A DNA stretch of 64,000 bases from a virus (IMGVR_UViG_3300033233_000015:32001-96000); one strand, 5' to 3'. Shown: positions 1-9,246, counted from the first letter of the stretch. Numbers and translations: made by a program. Notes: generated from the letters alone by a model not told the origin.

Positions 1-84
1 CGTCCTCGGTGCGCAGGACCTCGCCGCGTTCGCCGTGTTCGCCGCGAAGGTAAGTAAGATTCGTGATCGGTAGAAAAACCTCTT

Positions 85-336
85 TCATCGCGCACGCCGA
101 GACTTGAGGACCAAGGGCGGATCGGCCTGCTTCGTCTGCTCTCTGAGTCGCCTCGCCTGCTCCTCGTTCGCGGTGCGAAGAACATGGATCTCGGACTTCA
201 ACCGATCCACCGACGATGATTTCATCATCTCGTCGGTCAACTTCTGCTCGAGTTCTTCCGCCTGCTTCTCGCTGCGTTGGAGCTGCTCGCAGAGCACCTC
301 GATGAGAGCGACGGCCGCGCGTTCGAGCTTCGTCAT
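85..336 (-). CDS. hypothetical coiled-coil protein
   Basis: ATG at 336 (MTKLERAAVAL...) overlaps the stop of the upstream ORF; heptad-like helical sequence. Confidence 0.55.
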   Translation of the reverse strand: MTKLERAAVALIEVLCEQLQRSEKQAEELEQKLTDEMMKSSSVDRLKSEIHVLRTANEEQARRLREQTKQADPPLVLKSRRAR

Positions 337-617
337 TTCGGATCCGATTCGGGTTCGCCGCCGTAGTAGACGCGCGTACTGGCCAACGCTTCGTGGTCCT
401 GCCACATGACTTCCTCAAGCTCGCTGCGCGAGTTGCCGATCTCGTGAAGCGCGCGCGAGAGCGCCTTTTCTGCACGTTTCTGCCGTTTGCTTCGGCTTGA
501 GTTCGCCACCTCGATGAAGAGGGTTTGGATCTCGTTCCGCATGGTCCGCAACAGTCGACCGATCTGCTCATGTCGCTCGAACGGTATCGTCGGATGCTTC
601 ATCTTTCTGGTGGCCAT
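333..617 (-). CDS. hypothetical protein
   Basis: MATRKMKHPTIPF... start abuts the stop of the 617..796 ORF. Confidence 0.55.
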   Translation of the reverse strand: MATRKMKHPTIPFERHEQIGRLLRTMRNEIQTLFIEVANSSRSKRQKRAEKALSRALHEIGNSRSELEEVMWQDHEALASTRVYYGGEPESDPK

Positions 618-796
618 CAGCGTTTTCTCTTCCCGTTCGAGTCGAGCCCGCGCTCGACGAGCAGCCGAACGACGTCGCTCATGCTCGGCTCGATGCCCGT
701 CAGGCTCAGGATTTCCTGCTGACGTTTGAGAATCCGATCGTGGAGCGTTTTGGAGATGCGGGCGGCGATTTGCACGTCTTGGTTTTCGGTTGTCAC
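617..796 (-). CDS. ribbon-helix-helix (Arc/CopG-like) transcription regulator
   Basis: DVQIAARISKTLHDRI...SMSDVVRLLVERGL strand-helix-helix pattern; divergent from the main operon. Confidence 0.6.
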   Translation of the reverse strand: MTTENQDVQIAARISKTLHDRILKRQQEILSLTGIEPSMSDVVRLLVERGLDSNGKRKR

Positions 797-825
797 GCAT
801 TCGATACTAGCGGATCGTTTCAAAG

Positions 826-853
826 TTGACAACAGGAACAGAGAGCGTAGTGT
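826..853 (+). promoter_or_regulatory. sigma70-like promoter for the early operon
   Basis: TTGACA (826-831), 16-nt spacer, TAGTGT (848-853); GAGGAGGAGG RBS before ATG 891. Confidence 0.55.
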
Positions 854-890
854 CGCGCGTTAGAGAGTTGGTTGGTGGCTGAGGAGGAGG

Positions 891-1595
891 ATGTTCATGA
901 GCGATGCGATTCGCATTCGTAGGGCGTGTATTCTCGACACGGAGACGACGGCGCTGGATCCCGCCCAAGCGCAGTGCATCGAGGTGGCCGTCTGCCTCTA
1001 CGACCTCGAGCACGCGCAACCGATCTCGAGTTTCGCGAGTCTGATCCGCATCGACGGGAACGACGAGTGGGGCATGCCCGCGAATCCCGCTGAGCACATC
1101 AACGGCATCAAGCCCGCGATGTTGAAGGATGCGCGACCCGCCGACGAGGTATGGCGTGCGGTGAAGTGGATGATCGCGTCGGCGGACGTCATCGTCGCGC
1201 ATCGCGCGGAGTTCGATCGCAAGTTCGTCCCCGATTTTCAGAAGCCTTGGGCTTGTTCGAAGATCGACATCCAGTGGCCCGACCGCGCGCGTGGCGACTC
1301 ACTCGTGCAGCTTGCGCTCGGCCTCGGACTCGGCGTTGCGAGCGCGCATCGGGCGATGGCCGACGTCGACACGCTCGCGCGCATCTTCACGCGCGTCGCC
1401 GAGAAGGGGCACTCGCTCGAGGCGATGCTCGTGCGAGCCATGCGTCCGAAGGTGAAGTACGTCTCGCTCGCGCCGTTCGAGGAGCGAGAGATCGTCAAGT
1501 CGCACGGCTTCCTTTGGGAACCGTCTGCGAAGGAGTGGTATCGCTTCATGCCGCCCGAAGACGTCGGCGAGCTCCCGTTCAAGGTGCGGACGTGA
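891..1595 (+). CDS. DEDDh 3'-5' exonuclease (DnaQ/PolIII epsilon-like)
   Basis: ExoI ILDTETT, ExoII HRAEFD, ExoIII HRAMADV. Confidence 0.9.
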   Translation: MFMSDAIRIRRACILDTETTALDPAQAQCIEVAVCLYDLEHAQPISSFASLIRIDGNDEWGMPANPAEHINGIKPAMLKDARPADEVWRAVKWMIASADVIVAHRAEFDRKFVPDFQKPWACSKIDIQWPDRARGDSLVQLALGLGLGVASAHRAMADVDTLARIFTRVAEKGHSLEAMLVRAMRPKVKYVSLAPFEEREIVKSHGFLWEPSAKEWYRFMPPEDVGELPFKVRT

Positions 1596-2008
1596 GCGCG
1601 CATATTGGAACGGTCGGCACGCAGGGTTATCGCTTCAGCGTGCGCGTCTCGGCATCGACGGGCGGCGTCGAGGTGGCGGAGGTGTTCGGCGACGATCGCG
1701 ATCGGGATGACGTTCGCCTCGATCCGATCCAGGCCCGAAACCTCGCCGCGCTTCTCGTGCGGGCGTCGGAAGAGGTTGAGCGGATGCGTGCTCCTGCGGA
1801 TCGGGAACGGTCACGGATAAGAGTCGGCGATGCTCTGCTCGGAATGCGCGTGCGTTTGGACGGGGAGAAAGGCGAGGGCGAGATCGTTCAAATTCACTTC
1901 GGCGCCGTCGAAGTCGATTGGGGAGATGGCCGCATCACCACGGTGAAGCAAAATTCGGTAGGGAACCTTGGGGGACTGCTGCGCTCAGCGGTGAGGTCGC
2001 GCCAATGA
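1592..2008 (+). CDS. hypothetical protein (C-terminal SH3-like beta domain)
   Basis: GTG overlapping previous stop; GMRVRLDGEKGEGEIVQIHFGAVEVDW. Confidence 0.5.
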   Translation: MSAHIGTVGTQGYRFSVRVSASTGGVEVAEVFGDDRDRDDVRLDPIQARNLAALLVRASEEVERMRAPADRERSRIRVGDALLGMRVRLDGEKGEGEIVQIHFGAVEVDWGDGRITTVKQNSVGNLGGLLRSAVRSRQ

Positions 2009-2508
2009 TCTCGCCCAAGTGCGCGAATCCATCGACGTGCGAGATTCATGGACCGCACTGCGAGTGCGGCCATCCGTACGCGCGCCACGGGTTGTCACCC
2101 GTCGGGCGGCGTGACGTGCACTCCAAGTGCGCCGACTGCGACTGCGTGAAGGTTCTTCCCGTTTCCGTGGTCGTCGTCGAGACCGACGAAAGCCGCGCGC
2201 GTCGTCAAGCCTTCCTCGACGCGCAGCCACCGATTCACGTCGAAGAACTCGATGTCGATCACGCAGCGCATCTCGTTACGAAGGCCGAGAAACTCGCGAA
2301 GACATTCCTGAACGCGCTCTCGCCGTCTTTCGACACAAGCGACAACAGGCTCGCGCTCGTTCGACTTCTGCTCGAGTTCGCGCGCGACGAGCGCGTCCGC
2401 ATGGCCGATCTGCTCGACGCTCGCGCCGCTCGAGAGCGAGCGAGCGGAGATGACATGAGTGACCCGCAGGGCATTGCGAATTGGATTCGCGACGGAGGGA
2501 ACCCGTGA
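2005..2508 (+). CDS. hypothetical protein with Cys/His zinc-binding N-terminus
   Basis: coupled start; CECGH...CADCDC. Confidence 0.5.
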   Translation: MISPKCANPSTCEIHGPHCECGHPYARHGLSPVGRRDVHSKCADCDCVKVLPVSVVVVETDESRARRQAFLDAQPPIHVEELDVDHAAHLVTKAEKLAKTFLNALSPSFDTSDNRLALVRLLLEFARDERVRMADLLDARAARERASGDDMSDPQGIANWIRDGGNP

Positions 2509-2843
2509 AGCGCGAGACCGTCACGTACGAGTGCGATGCCTGCAAGAAGGCGATCGAGTGCTCCCCTGGAAAACTGGAAGAGCAGACCGGGGGAGAGTGG
2601 CGCATCTTGCGCGTTCACGTCTCTAGGATGAACGGACAGACGGTGTCTGAGGGACACGGCCACGCCTGCTCGAGCGTGTGCGCCGAAAAAGTGGTCGCGT
2701 CGCTGGCGATGGCGAAAAGAGGGAAGAGCACCCCTGACAAGCAGACGCCGGCGTCCATCAAGCAGTGGATCACCGATCAGAGGGTGGCTCAGGAGAAGCG
2801 ATCGAATCGACGGACGCGCACGAAGAAGGGGGCCGCACGATGA
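2505..2843 (+). CDS. hypothetical zinc-ribbon protein
   Basis: CDAC ... HACSSVC; coupled start. Confidence 0.5.
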   Translation: MKRETVTYECDACKKAIECSPGKLEEQTGGEWRILRVHVSRMNGQTVSEGHGHACSSVCAEKVVASLAMAKRGKSTPDKQTPASIKQWITDQRVAQEKRSNRRTRTKKGAAR

Positions 2844-3181
2844 GCGATTGGGAACCAGAAGAGTACGCGGACGATCCGAAGGTCAACGCGATGCTCAACA
2901 TTGCTGCTGGCATTTTCGCCCTTGCGCGCGCGACCGACGGTCTTCTGTACGCGCTGAAATACAGCAAGGGAGAAGGCATGAGTGTCGCGGAAGCGATCGA
3001 GGTCGGCGCGAAAAACATCGCAGAAGCGATTCAACTCAGCGATCCCGAACCTGTCGAACCCGTAGACGTCGATCCAATCGTTGAGGCGATTTCTGACATG
3101 AAGATCGAACTGTCGACGGAACTGTCGCGCCTGTCGGCGGAACTGTCGGAAGCGATCTCCAAGTCATCGGACGAGCGATGA
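2840..3181 (+). CDS. hypothetical acidic protein
   Basis: coupled ATGA start and stop. Confidence 0.55.
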   Translation: MSDWEPEEYADDPKVNAMLNIAAGIFALARATDGLLYALKYSKGEGMSVAEAIEVGAKNIAEAIQLSDPEPVEPVDVDPIVEAISDMKIELSTELSRLSAELSEAISKSSDER

Positions 3182-4266
3182 CCTCGCGCGTCTATCTTTG
3201 GGAGACAAAAACTACGTCTGAGGACATTTCGAACGGGTCGACGTTTTTTCTGAGAACCATTCTCGATCCGCAGCTCTCTCTCTACATACCCGCGCTGCGC
3301 ACGATGGGATTCGACCCGATCGGCGCCATCTACGACGTGCTACGCAAGCCGGGACAGTTGCCGTCGAACATTCCGCTCAAGGATGCGGACGGAGTGAAGA
3401 TCGTCTTCGACGCAGCAGGCCGGCGCGCGCGCACCAAGGACGGCAAGAAGTGGCGTGAGACGGGCGGCGACGGTCTCTTCTTGCAGACGCGACCCGAGAC
3501 TCCTGAGGAGTACGGCAAGCGTTGTCTCGGCGCCATCGCTGAGGATCCGAATAGGTACTACGCGCGGGCGAAGGTCGTGCGGCTCGAGGCCGACGAGCGC
3601 GAGGCTGCGGCGGACGTGTGGAACACGGCCACGCAGATGCGCGACGCGCGAAGACTGAAGGTGTTTGCGCGGAATCCTGATGCGTGCATGTCTTGGTCTC
3701 GTGAGTGCGACTACTTGCGCGTCTGCGCTGGGCAGGCCGACATCATGGATCCGATTCTGTTCAGGAACGAGGAGGCGCACGTCGAGTTGAAGTTGGAGAA
3801 CGAAGAGAGCGGAACCAATCTGCTCACGCAGAGCGCGATGCGTTCGTACCGTTCGTGCCCGCGCAAGTTCTACTATCGCTACGAGCTTCGTCAGCGACCG
3901 CTCAGCAAAGCGGAGGCGCTGACCACTGGCAACTCGGTACACGAGGCGCTCGACGTCTTCCGTCGCACCTGTTCGCTCGATGCGGCGCTGGTGGCGCTCA
4001 CGACCGACGATCTCTACGTGCGCGCGAAGGAGGCGGCGATGCTCGTCGGCTACGCCGCGCGCTGGCCGACTCCGCGAGGCGTCATCGCAATCGAAAAGCA
4101 GTTCCGCATCCCGCTCATCAACCCCGCTACCTGCGCACCGAGCAAGACGTTCGAACTTGGCGGAAAGGTCGACGCGATCGTTGAGGAGGAGGCCGCGCTC
4201 GCGTCGCTTGAACCGAGTTTGGAGTACGTGCTCGAAGGTTCGTTGAAGGAGGAGGCTGTTCCGTGA
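3178..4266 (+). CDS. PD-(D/E)XK RecB/Cas4-like exonuclease, circularly permuted motif order
   Basis: ETK, QLSLY and C-x6-C-x5-C precede SYRSCPRKFYY, GNSVHEAL, IEKQF and GKVD. Confidence 0.75.
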   Translation: MTSRVYLWETKTTSEDISNGSTFFLRTILDPQLSLYIPALRTMGFDPIGAIYDVLRKPGQLPSNIPLKDADGVKIVFDAAGRRARTKDGKKWRETGGDGLFLQTRPETPEEYGKRCLGAIAEDPNRYYARAKVVRLEADEREAAADVWNTATQMRDARRLKVFARNPDACMSWSRECDYLRVCAGQADIMDPILFRNEEAHVELKLENEESGTNLLTQSAMRSYRSCPRKFYYRYELRQRPLSKAEALTTGNSVHEALDVFRRTCSLDAALVALTTDDLYVRAKEAAMLVGYAARWPTPRGVIAIEKQFRIPLINPATCAPSKTFELGGKVDAIVEEEAALASLEPSLEYVLEGSLKEEAVP

Positions 4267-4814
4267 GCTACGGCGGAACGCATCGACGCAACGATCTGAC
4301 TGGCGAAGTCTTTGGACGCTGGACTGTCGTTCGTCGCGTTGAGAATCGCCAGAGGCCGAGCGGAGTGATGGCGATGTACGAATGCCTATGTGTCTGCGGC
4401 GTCGTGAAGACGGTCCTCGCTCAAACGCTTCGATCCAGCAGTTCGCGCTCGTGCGGGTGTTTGCTGAAAGACGTCGCGGCGGAAATGTGCCGCGCACGAT
4501 CGACGCACGGTCATTCGCGCGGTGGAAAATTGACGCCGACGTTTCGTTCGTGGATTTCAATGCATGACCGCGTCCGATCAAATAATCCGAACAGCAAGCC
4601 GTATTACAAGGATCTTGGCATTCGCGTCTGCGACCGTTGGTCCGACTTCGAGAATTTCTTGAAAGACATGGGCGACAGGCCGTCGCTTCTCCATTCGCTC
4701 GATCGGTTCCCGAATGGCGATGGCAACTACGAGCCAGGCAATGTGCGTTGGGCGACCAGCGTGGAGCAGACCTTCAATCGCAAGAAGAGGAAACTTCCGA
4801 AAGGATCAACATGA
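4263..4814 (+). CDS. HNH homing endonuclease
   Basis: DLTGEVFGRWTV, CLCVCG, SCGC, VCDRWSDFENFLKDMG, SLDR...GNYEPGNVRWAT. Confidence 0.85.
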   Translation: MSYGGTHRRNDLTGEVFGRWTVVRRVENRQRPSGVMAMYECLCVCGVVKTVLAQTLRSSSSRSCGCLLKDVAAEMCRARSTHGHSRGGKLTPTFRSWISMHDRVRSNNPNSKPYYKDLGIRVCDRWSDFENFLKDMGDRPSLLHSLDRFPNGDGNYEPGNVRWATSVEQTFNRKKRKLPKGST

Positions 4815-5716
4815 TCGATCTGAAACGAATCACCGAAGGCAAGCAACAGCGCGAGCCGCGCGTCCTGATCTACTCCGCCGACGGCGTCGGTAAGACGCGA
4901 TTCGCGGCGGGTGCGCCCGATCCGTTCTTCATTGACGTCAATCGAGGCAGCTTCCAGTACGACGTCAAGCGCGTCGTGCCGGAGACGTGGAGCGAAGTGC
5001 TCGAATGGGTCGGCGCCGTCGAGCGCGGCGACATCAAGTGCAAGACGCTCGTCATCGACTCGATCAGTGACCTCGAGCACATCGGCAACGCGGAATTTTT
5101 TCCAAACACGACCATCGACAAATGGGACGGCGGATATGGACGCGGAACGGGCTACGCGGTGACGCGCTGGCGCGAGTTCGTCTCCGCCCTTGAGCGCGTT
5201 TGGAACGCCGGCAAGTCGATAGTCCTGATCGGCCACATGCAGGTGAAGCGGTTCGACGACCCGACCGGAGTCGGTTACGAGCGGTATCAGATCGCTGCTC
5301 GCGAACAACTCGCAGGTCTCCTTCGTCAATGGGTAGACTTCGTTCTCTTCGCGAATCTCGAGGTCGCGCAGCAGAAGGTCGGCGGCGACGTCAAGATGGT
5401 GACGAACGGCACGCGATGGATCCACACGCAGCGATCCCCCGCCTTCGACGCCAAGAGTCGAGGCACGACGCTCTTCCCCGAGAAGGTGCTCCTGTCGTGG
5501 GACGAGTTCGCCAAGGCGCGCGCGGCCGACACTGCGCGCGCGGAGGAGTTGAAGCGAGAGATCGAGTCGATGCTCAAAGAGATCGGCGACAAGAAGCTCG
5601 ACGAGATCGTCAAGGAGTACCTGCGCGCGAACCCCGGCATGGTGGTCGAGGCGCGCAACCGCGTGGCGTCGAAGTTGGAAGAGAAGAGAGCGAGTTCGAA
5701 GGAGAACGACAAATGA
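4811..5716 (+). CDS. AAA_24 / Sak4-like ATPase (recombination)
   Basis: Walker A SADGVGKT, Walker B LVIDS, IVLIGH, AKSR; next to nuclease and SSB-like gene. Confidence 0.85.
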   Translation: MIDLKRITEGKQQREPRVLIYSADGVGKTRFAAGAPDPFFIDVNRGSFQYDVKRVVPETWSEVLEWVGAVERGDIKCKTLVIDSISDLEHIGNAEFFPNTTIDKWDGGYGRGTGYAVTRWREFVSALERVWNAGKSIVLIGHMQVKRFDDPTGVGYERYQIAAREQLAGLLRQWVDFVLFANLEVAQQKVGGDVKMVTNGTRWIHTQRSPAFDAKSRGTTLFPEKVLLSWDEFAKARAADTARAEELKREIESMLKEIGDKKLDEIVKEYLRANPGMVVEARNRVASKLEEKRASSKENDK

Positions 5717-6231
5717 TCAGTCCGGGGAATTACAAGGCCAAGGCAGTCAAGAGCAGCGTGCAGTTCGGCGAGACCGAGCGAGGCAATCTCCAGATCGCGG
5801 TCGATCTGGACATCAAGAACGAGAAGGGGGAGTCGCTCGGCACGATGACGACGTTCCTCTTCTTCACCGACGCCTCGCAGAGCTACTCGTACGAGCGACT
5901 GCGCGCGCTCGGGTGGCAGGGCAAAGGTCCCGAAGAGGTCGACAACATGGAGGGCATCGACGCGAACGAGGTCGAAGTTCGCGTCACGCAGCCAGAGTCG
6001 TACAAGGCGCCCGACGGCACGATGAAGATGGGACAGAGCAAGGTCGAGATCACGACGGGTGCCGGAAAGGTCGTGCTCGCGAAGACGGTCGACGCCTCGA
6101 CGTTCAAGGCTCGATTGAAAGCGCTCGGCGGCGGCGGTGCAGCTCCGTCGGGCGGCAGCAGCGGCGGAGCAGCGGCGCCGCCGTTCATCTTCAACACGAT
6201 CGAGGCGGACGAGCCGTGGTGGAGGGGCTGA
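5713..6231 (+). CDS. single-stranded DNA-binding-like protein (DUF669-like)
   Basis: PGNYKAK start, beta-rich core, Gly-rich linker and acidic/aromatic tail; follows Sak4-like gene. Confidence 0.6.
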   Translation: MISPGNYKAKAVKSSVQFGETERGNLQIAVDLDIKNEKGESLGTMTTFLFFTDASQSYSYERLRALGWQGKGPEEVDNMEGIDANEVEVRVTQPESYKAPDGTMKMGQSKVEITTGAGKVVLAKTVDASTFKARLKALGGGGAAPSGGSSGGAAAPPFIFNTIEADEPWWRG

Positions 6232-6656
6232 AGCAGTGCTTCAAGTGCGGCAAGCATTTGCCGAGACAGGCGTTCTACCGTCATTCAAAGATGGCGGACG
6301 GCCTTCTCGGCAAATGCAAGTCGTGCACGAAAAACGACGCAATCAACCATCGGATGAAGAATCCGGAGCGTATGCGTGAATCCGAACGTGCCCGAAGACA
6401 GACGCCGAAGCGACGCGCGTGGGCGAAGCAATACGAGAACACTCCGGCTAGAAAACGAATCTCGTTTGCCCACCACAAGGTGTGTCAGGCGATCATCGAC
6501 GGAAAACTGGTCAAGAAGCCCTGCGAAGTATGCGGAGACAAGGCCAATGCTCATCACGATGACTACAGCAAGCCGCTCGACGTTCGATGGTTGTGCACCA
6601 CTCACCACGTAGAGCATCACCGAATGATGAGGAAAAAGGCAGAGGACGCAGGGTAG
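6216..6656 (+). CDS. HNH endonuclease with N-terminal zinc finger
   Basis: KQCFKC...CKSC; CEVCG..AHHDDYSKPLDVRWLCTTHH. Confidence 0.85.
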   Translation: MVEGLKQCFKCGKHLPRQAFYRHSKMADGLLGKCKSCTKNDAINHRMKNPERMRESERARRQTPKRRAWAKQYENTPARKRISFAHHKVCQAIIDGKLVKKPCEVCGDKANAHHDDYSKPLDVRWLCTTHHVEHHRMMRKKAEDAG

Positions 6657-6876
6657 GGATCGGCGGTTGAGGGCCGCGCATCGGGTGAAGCAAAGGAGAA
6701 GCGCAGGATCGAGGAGGTCGATTCGTTTTTCGATAAGACCTCGGTAGGCCGCGCGCTTCGAGGAACGTACGGAGATCAAATCTCCCGCAGAGACCCAAGG
6801 TAGCCACTCGGGCTCACGCATCCAGAGGCGCGCAAGCCTCGAACGCCCGGTGCTCGGCTGCTCAGCCGCCGATCCC
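6656..6876 (+). ncRNA. candidate structured non-coding RNA (~220 nt)
   Basis: intergenic; ends pair over ~31 bp (6656-6687 with 6844-6876, several G-U pairs) enclosing 3-4 internal helices. Confidence 0.6.
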
Positions 6877-6896
6877 AACACGACACGGAGGAAGAC

Positions 6897-7253
6897 ATGG
6901 ACGAGATCGAATTGAAGAAGGTCTGCGACGAAATCTTGGTGATCTCGGACTTCCTGAACGCGACGACCGAGGAGACTAACGAGCGCAACGAGGACAACTC
7001 GTACGTCGCCGAGAAGAATCCGACCGATCCGATCCGAGAGCCCGGTGAGCAGTTCGACATCCGTGTTCAGCGCGAACACGGCAAGGCGTGGCAGGCACGG
7101 GTGACGCGATCGGTTCGCCAACGGAACGCCGTAGTTGTCACCGTCGCACGCGGTCTTGTGTCCCTCAGTCCAGCAGCGGCGCTCCTGTCGCTGCTCGACG
7201 TACTGAAGGTGGATCTTCGTCACCGTCGGGATGCGGCGGCGAGGTTCATCTAA
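6897..7253 (+). CDS. hypothetical protein
   Basis: GGAGG RBS before ATG. Confidence 0.55.
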   Translation: MDEIELKKVCDEILVISDFLNATTEETNERNEDNSYVAEKNPTDPIREPGEQFDIRVQREHGKAWQARVTRSVRQRNAVVVTVARGLVSLSPAAALLSLLDVLKVDLRHRRDAAARFI

Positions 7254-7384
7254 GAGTCTCGGGGAGCGTCTTCCTTTCGTTCCTTTCGGAAGTCGCTACG
7301 AGCATCGACGCGCGGCCGATGCCCCGATGATCCGTGCACCTGTCGCCGTGGCGTGGCACGGCAATTTCGACTTCGGAGAGGGCG

Positions 7385-7930
7385 ATGTCAAAGAAACGCG
7401 CGTACTGCTCCCACTGCAAGCACGATGATCACAAGGGCCGCAAGTGCGGCTACGGTGAGGGCATCGGTACGACCGTCGCGGTGTGCGTCTGCGAGACCGA
7501 CAAGCGAGGCCGAGTCGTCACGCCCGCGAGCGTGGAGTTCGTGAATCGCGAGACGCTCTTCGCGAAGGCGCTCGACGATGCGGCGAAGGCCGCCCACGCG
7601 ATGGGCGACGCGCTTGCGCGCGCGCACGAGGATGCTCGTCGCGAAGGGATCGAACGAGCTGTCTTCGGAGATCGCGAATGCACTGGCGGGGGGATCGTGA
7701 AGACCAGCGACCGTAAAACGCAGCGAGATCATCAGATCGAGATCAAGCTCAGCGCCAGTGAACGCCTTCTCTTCAAGGCGGTCACGAAACGACGCGGCTT
7801 CCGAAACATTTCGGAGATGGTTCGATACGTCGTACGCGCGTACGAGGAGGACACCCGCGAGGGGCGACCAGTCTGCACGGGGCAACTCGTTCACGACGCA
7901 TTCAATTCTTGCCCGGTGCACGACGCATGA
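7385..7930 (+). CDS. hypothetical protein with Cys/His N-terminus and RHH-like C-terminus
   Basis: GGAG RBS; QIEIKLSASERLLFKAVTKRRGFRNISEMVR. Confidence 0.5.
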   Translation: MSKKRAYCSHCKHDDHKGRKCGYGEGIGTTVAVCVCETDKRGRVVTPASVEFVNRETLFAKALDDAAKAAHAMGDALARAHEDARREGIERAVFGDRECTGGGIVKTSDRKTQRDHQIEIKLSASERLLFKAVTKRRGFRNISEMVRYVVRAYEEDTREGRPVCTGQLVHDAFNSCPVHDA

Positions 7931-8445
7931 CGACGATGCCTCTCTTGCCCGGCGTCAGCGGCACCGCTCGCTTCAGCGAGGACGGTCGCTACCGCTACAT
8001 GCTCCGTCGCTGGTGGCAGGGCGGTGGCCGTGCCGCCATCTTCATCGGTCTCAACCCGAGCAAGGCGGGCTCGGACGTAGACGATCTCACGATCCGCAAG
8101 TGCATCGGCTTCGCGACCACTTGGGGATGCAGCGAGATCGTCATGCTGAACCTCTTCGGTCTCATCGCGACGGATCCCGAGGAGCTCTTCACCTCGCTCG
8201 ATCCGGTCGGTCGAGAGAACGAGTATTGGGTCGACCAGACGCTCGCGCTGTACGGCGACGACGCCAAATTGATCGCCGCGTGGGGCGCGCATCCGATGGC
8301 GGAGACGCGCGGCTGCAAGCTCGAGTACGCGCTTCGGCCGCGCAAGATGATGTGCCTCGGTAAGACCAAGGACGGATCACCGCGGCACCCGTCACGAATC
8401 GCGTACGCGACTGCGCTCGAGCCGTTTCGCGGAGGTTCGCTTTGA
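7927..8445 (+). CDS. DUF1643 family protein
   Basis: RYRYMLRRWW, GLNPSKA, DDLTIRKC, AWG, TKDGSPRHP. Confidence 0.85.
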   Translation: MTTMPLLPGVSGTARFSEDGRYRYMLRRWWQGGGRAAIFIGLNPSKAGSDVDDLTIRKCIGFATTWGCSEIVMLNLFGLIATDPEELFTSLDPVGRENEYWVDQTLALYGDDAKLIAAWGAHPMAETRGCKLEYALRPRKMMCLGKTKDGSPRHPSRIAYATALEPFRGGSL

Positions 8446-8768
8446 GTCGCAGAAAGCAGTGCGCGAAGTGCCCGTGGCGCGTGGATGTCGATCCGAACGA
8501 CATCCCGAACGGCTACTCGCGCGAGCTTCACGCGGGGCTCGCGTGCACGATCGCGGAGCCAGGCGCGATTCGCGTCGGTGCTCTTCGCATGATGGCGTGC
8601 CACGAGTCGAAGGTCGGCAAAGAGAAACCGTGCGTCGGATGGCTCGCGAACCAACTCGGTCCAGGGAACAACATCGCGCTTCGCATCTGCGCGCTGCGCG
8701 ACAAGAGCCTTGCGAACTTCCGTCTCGTGGGTGAGCAGCACGAGCGGTTCGAGGACACGTTGCCATGA
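8442..8768 (+). CDS. DUF6283-like Cys-rich protein
   Basis: CAKCPWR, ACHES, CVGWL. Confidence 0.55.
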   Translation: MSRRKQCAKCPWRVDVDPNDIPNGYSRELHAGLACTIAEPGAIRVGALRMMACHESKVGKEKPCVGWLANQLGPGNNIALRICALRDKSLANFRLVGEQHERFEDTLP

Positions 8769-9007
8769 GCGTCAGCGACGAGAAGAAGACATACGCCGCC
8801 GACATCCTCGACGAACTTCGGAGTGGGGGTCGGGACGTCGCGGGCGTTGTCGTCATCGTGGTCACCGAGCACGGCAGCGATCTGCGTGTGTCGGTTGCCG
8901 ACGGGTTTTCTAAGAATCTTGTGCTCGACAGCGCGCAGGAGACGATCGCTTCGATTCCGCGCGAGCGCTGGAAGATCGAAGTGGAGATCAAGGGGTACGG
9001 GGTATGA
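8765..9007 (+). CDS. hypothetical protein
   Basis: coupled start and stop. Confidence 0.5.
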   Translation: MSVSDEKKTYAADILDELRSGGRDVAGVVVIVVTEHGSDLRVSVADGFSKNLVLDSAQETIASIPRERWKIEVEIKGYGV

Positions 9008-9246
9008 AAATATCGACCGTTGGGAATGGCCAAGCAAGATGGATGTCCACGCGAACCGCTGTACGCGAGACGCTCTACGAGGCGAAACGATCCATGACGA
9101 TCGAGGAGTTGGTGGAAGAGACGGAGGGAGCAGCATCGACCATTCGTAGTCACCTCGCTGATCTCGTATGGGACGGGCGTGTTGTTCGGATCGAAGATCA
9201 CCCCGTTCGTTACATTCATTCGTTTTGGGCCAAACAACGCACATGA
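9004..9246 (+). CDS. winged-helix DNA-binding protein
   Basis: MTIEELVEETEGAASTIRSHLADLVWDGRV. Confidence 0.65.
   Translation: MKISTVGNGQARWMSTRTAVRETLYEAKRSMTIEELVEETEGAASTIRSHLADLVWDGRVVRIEDHPVRYIHSFWAKQRT

Noticed and set aside
3178-4266. cas4 of a CRISPR system
   Set aside because: context is a phage recombination module (Sak4-like, SSB-like); no cas1/cas2 or array
6656-6876. tRNA, tmRNA or 6S identity for the structured RNA
   Set aside because: no T-loop/CCA or tag ORF; multibranch interior is unlike the 6S rod
7324-7372. hammerhead ribozyme (CCGATGA resembles CUGAUGA)
   Set aside because: core mismatch and no GAAA/stem III arrangement
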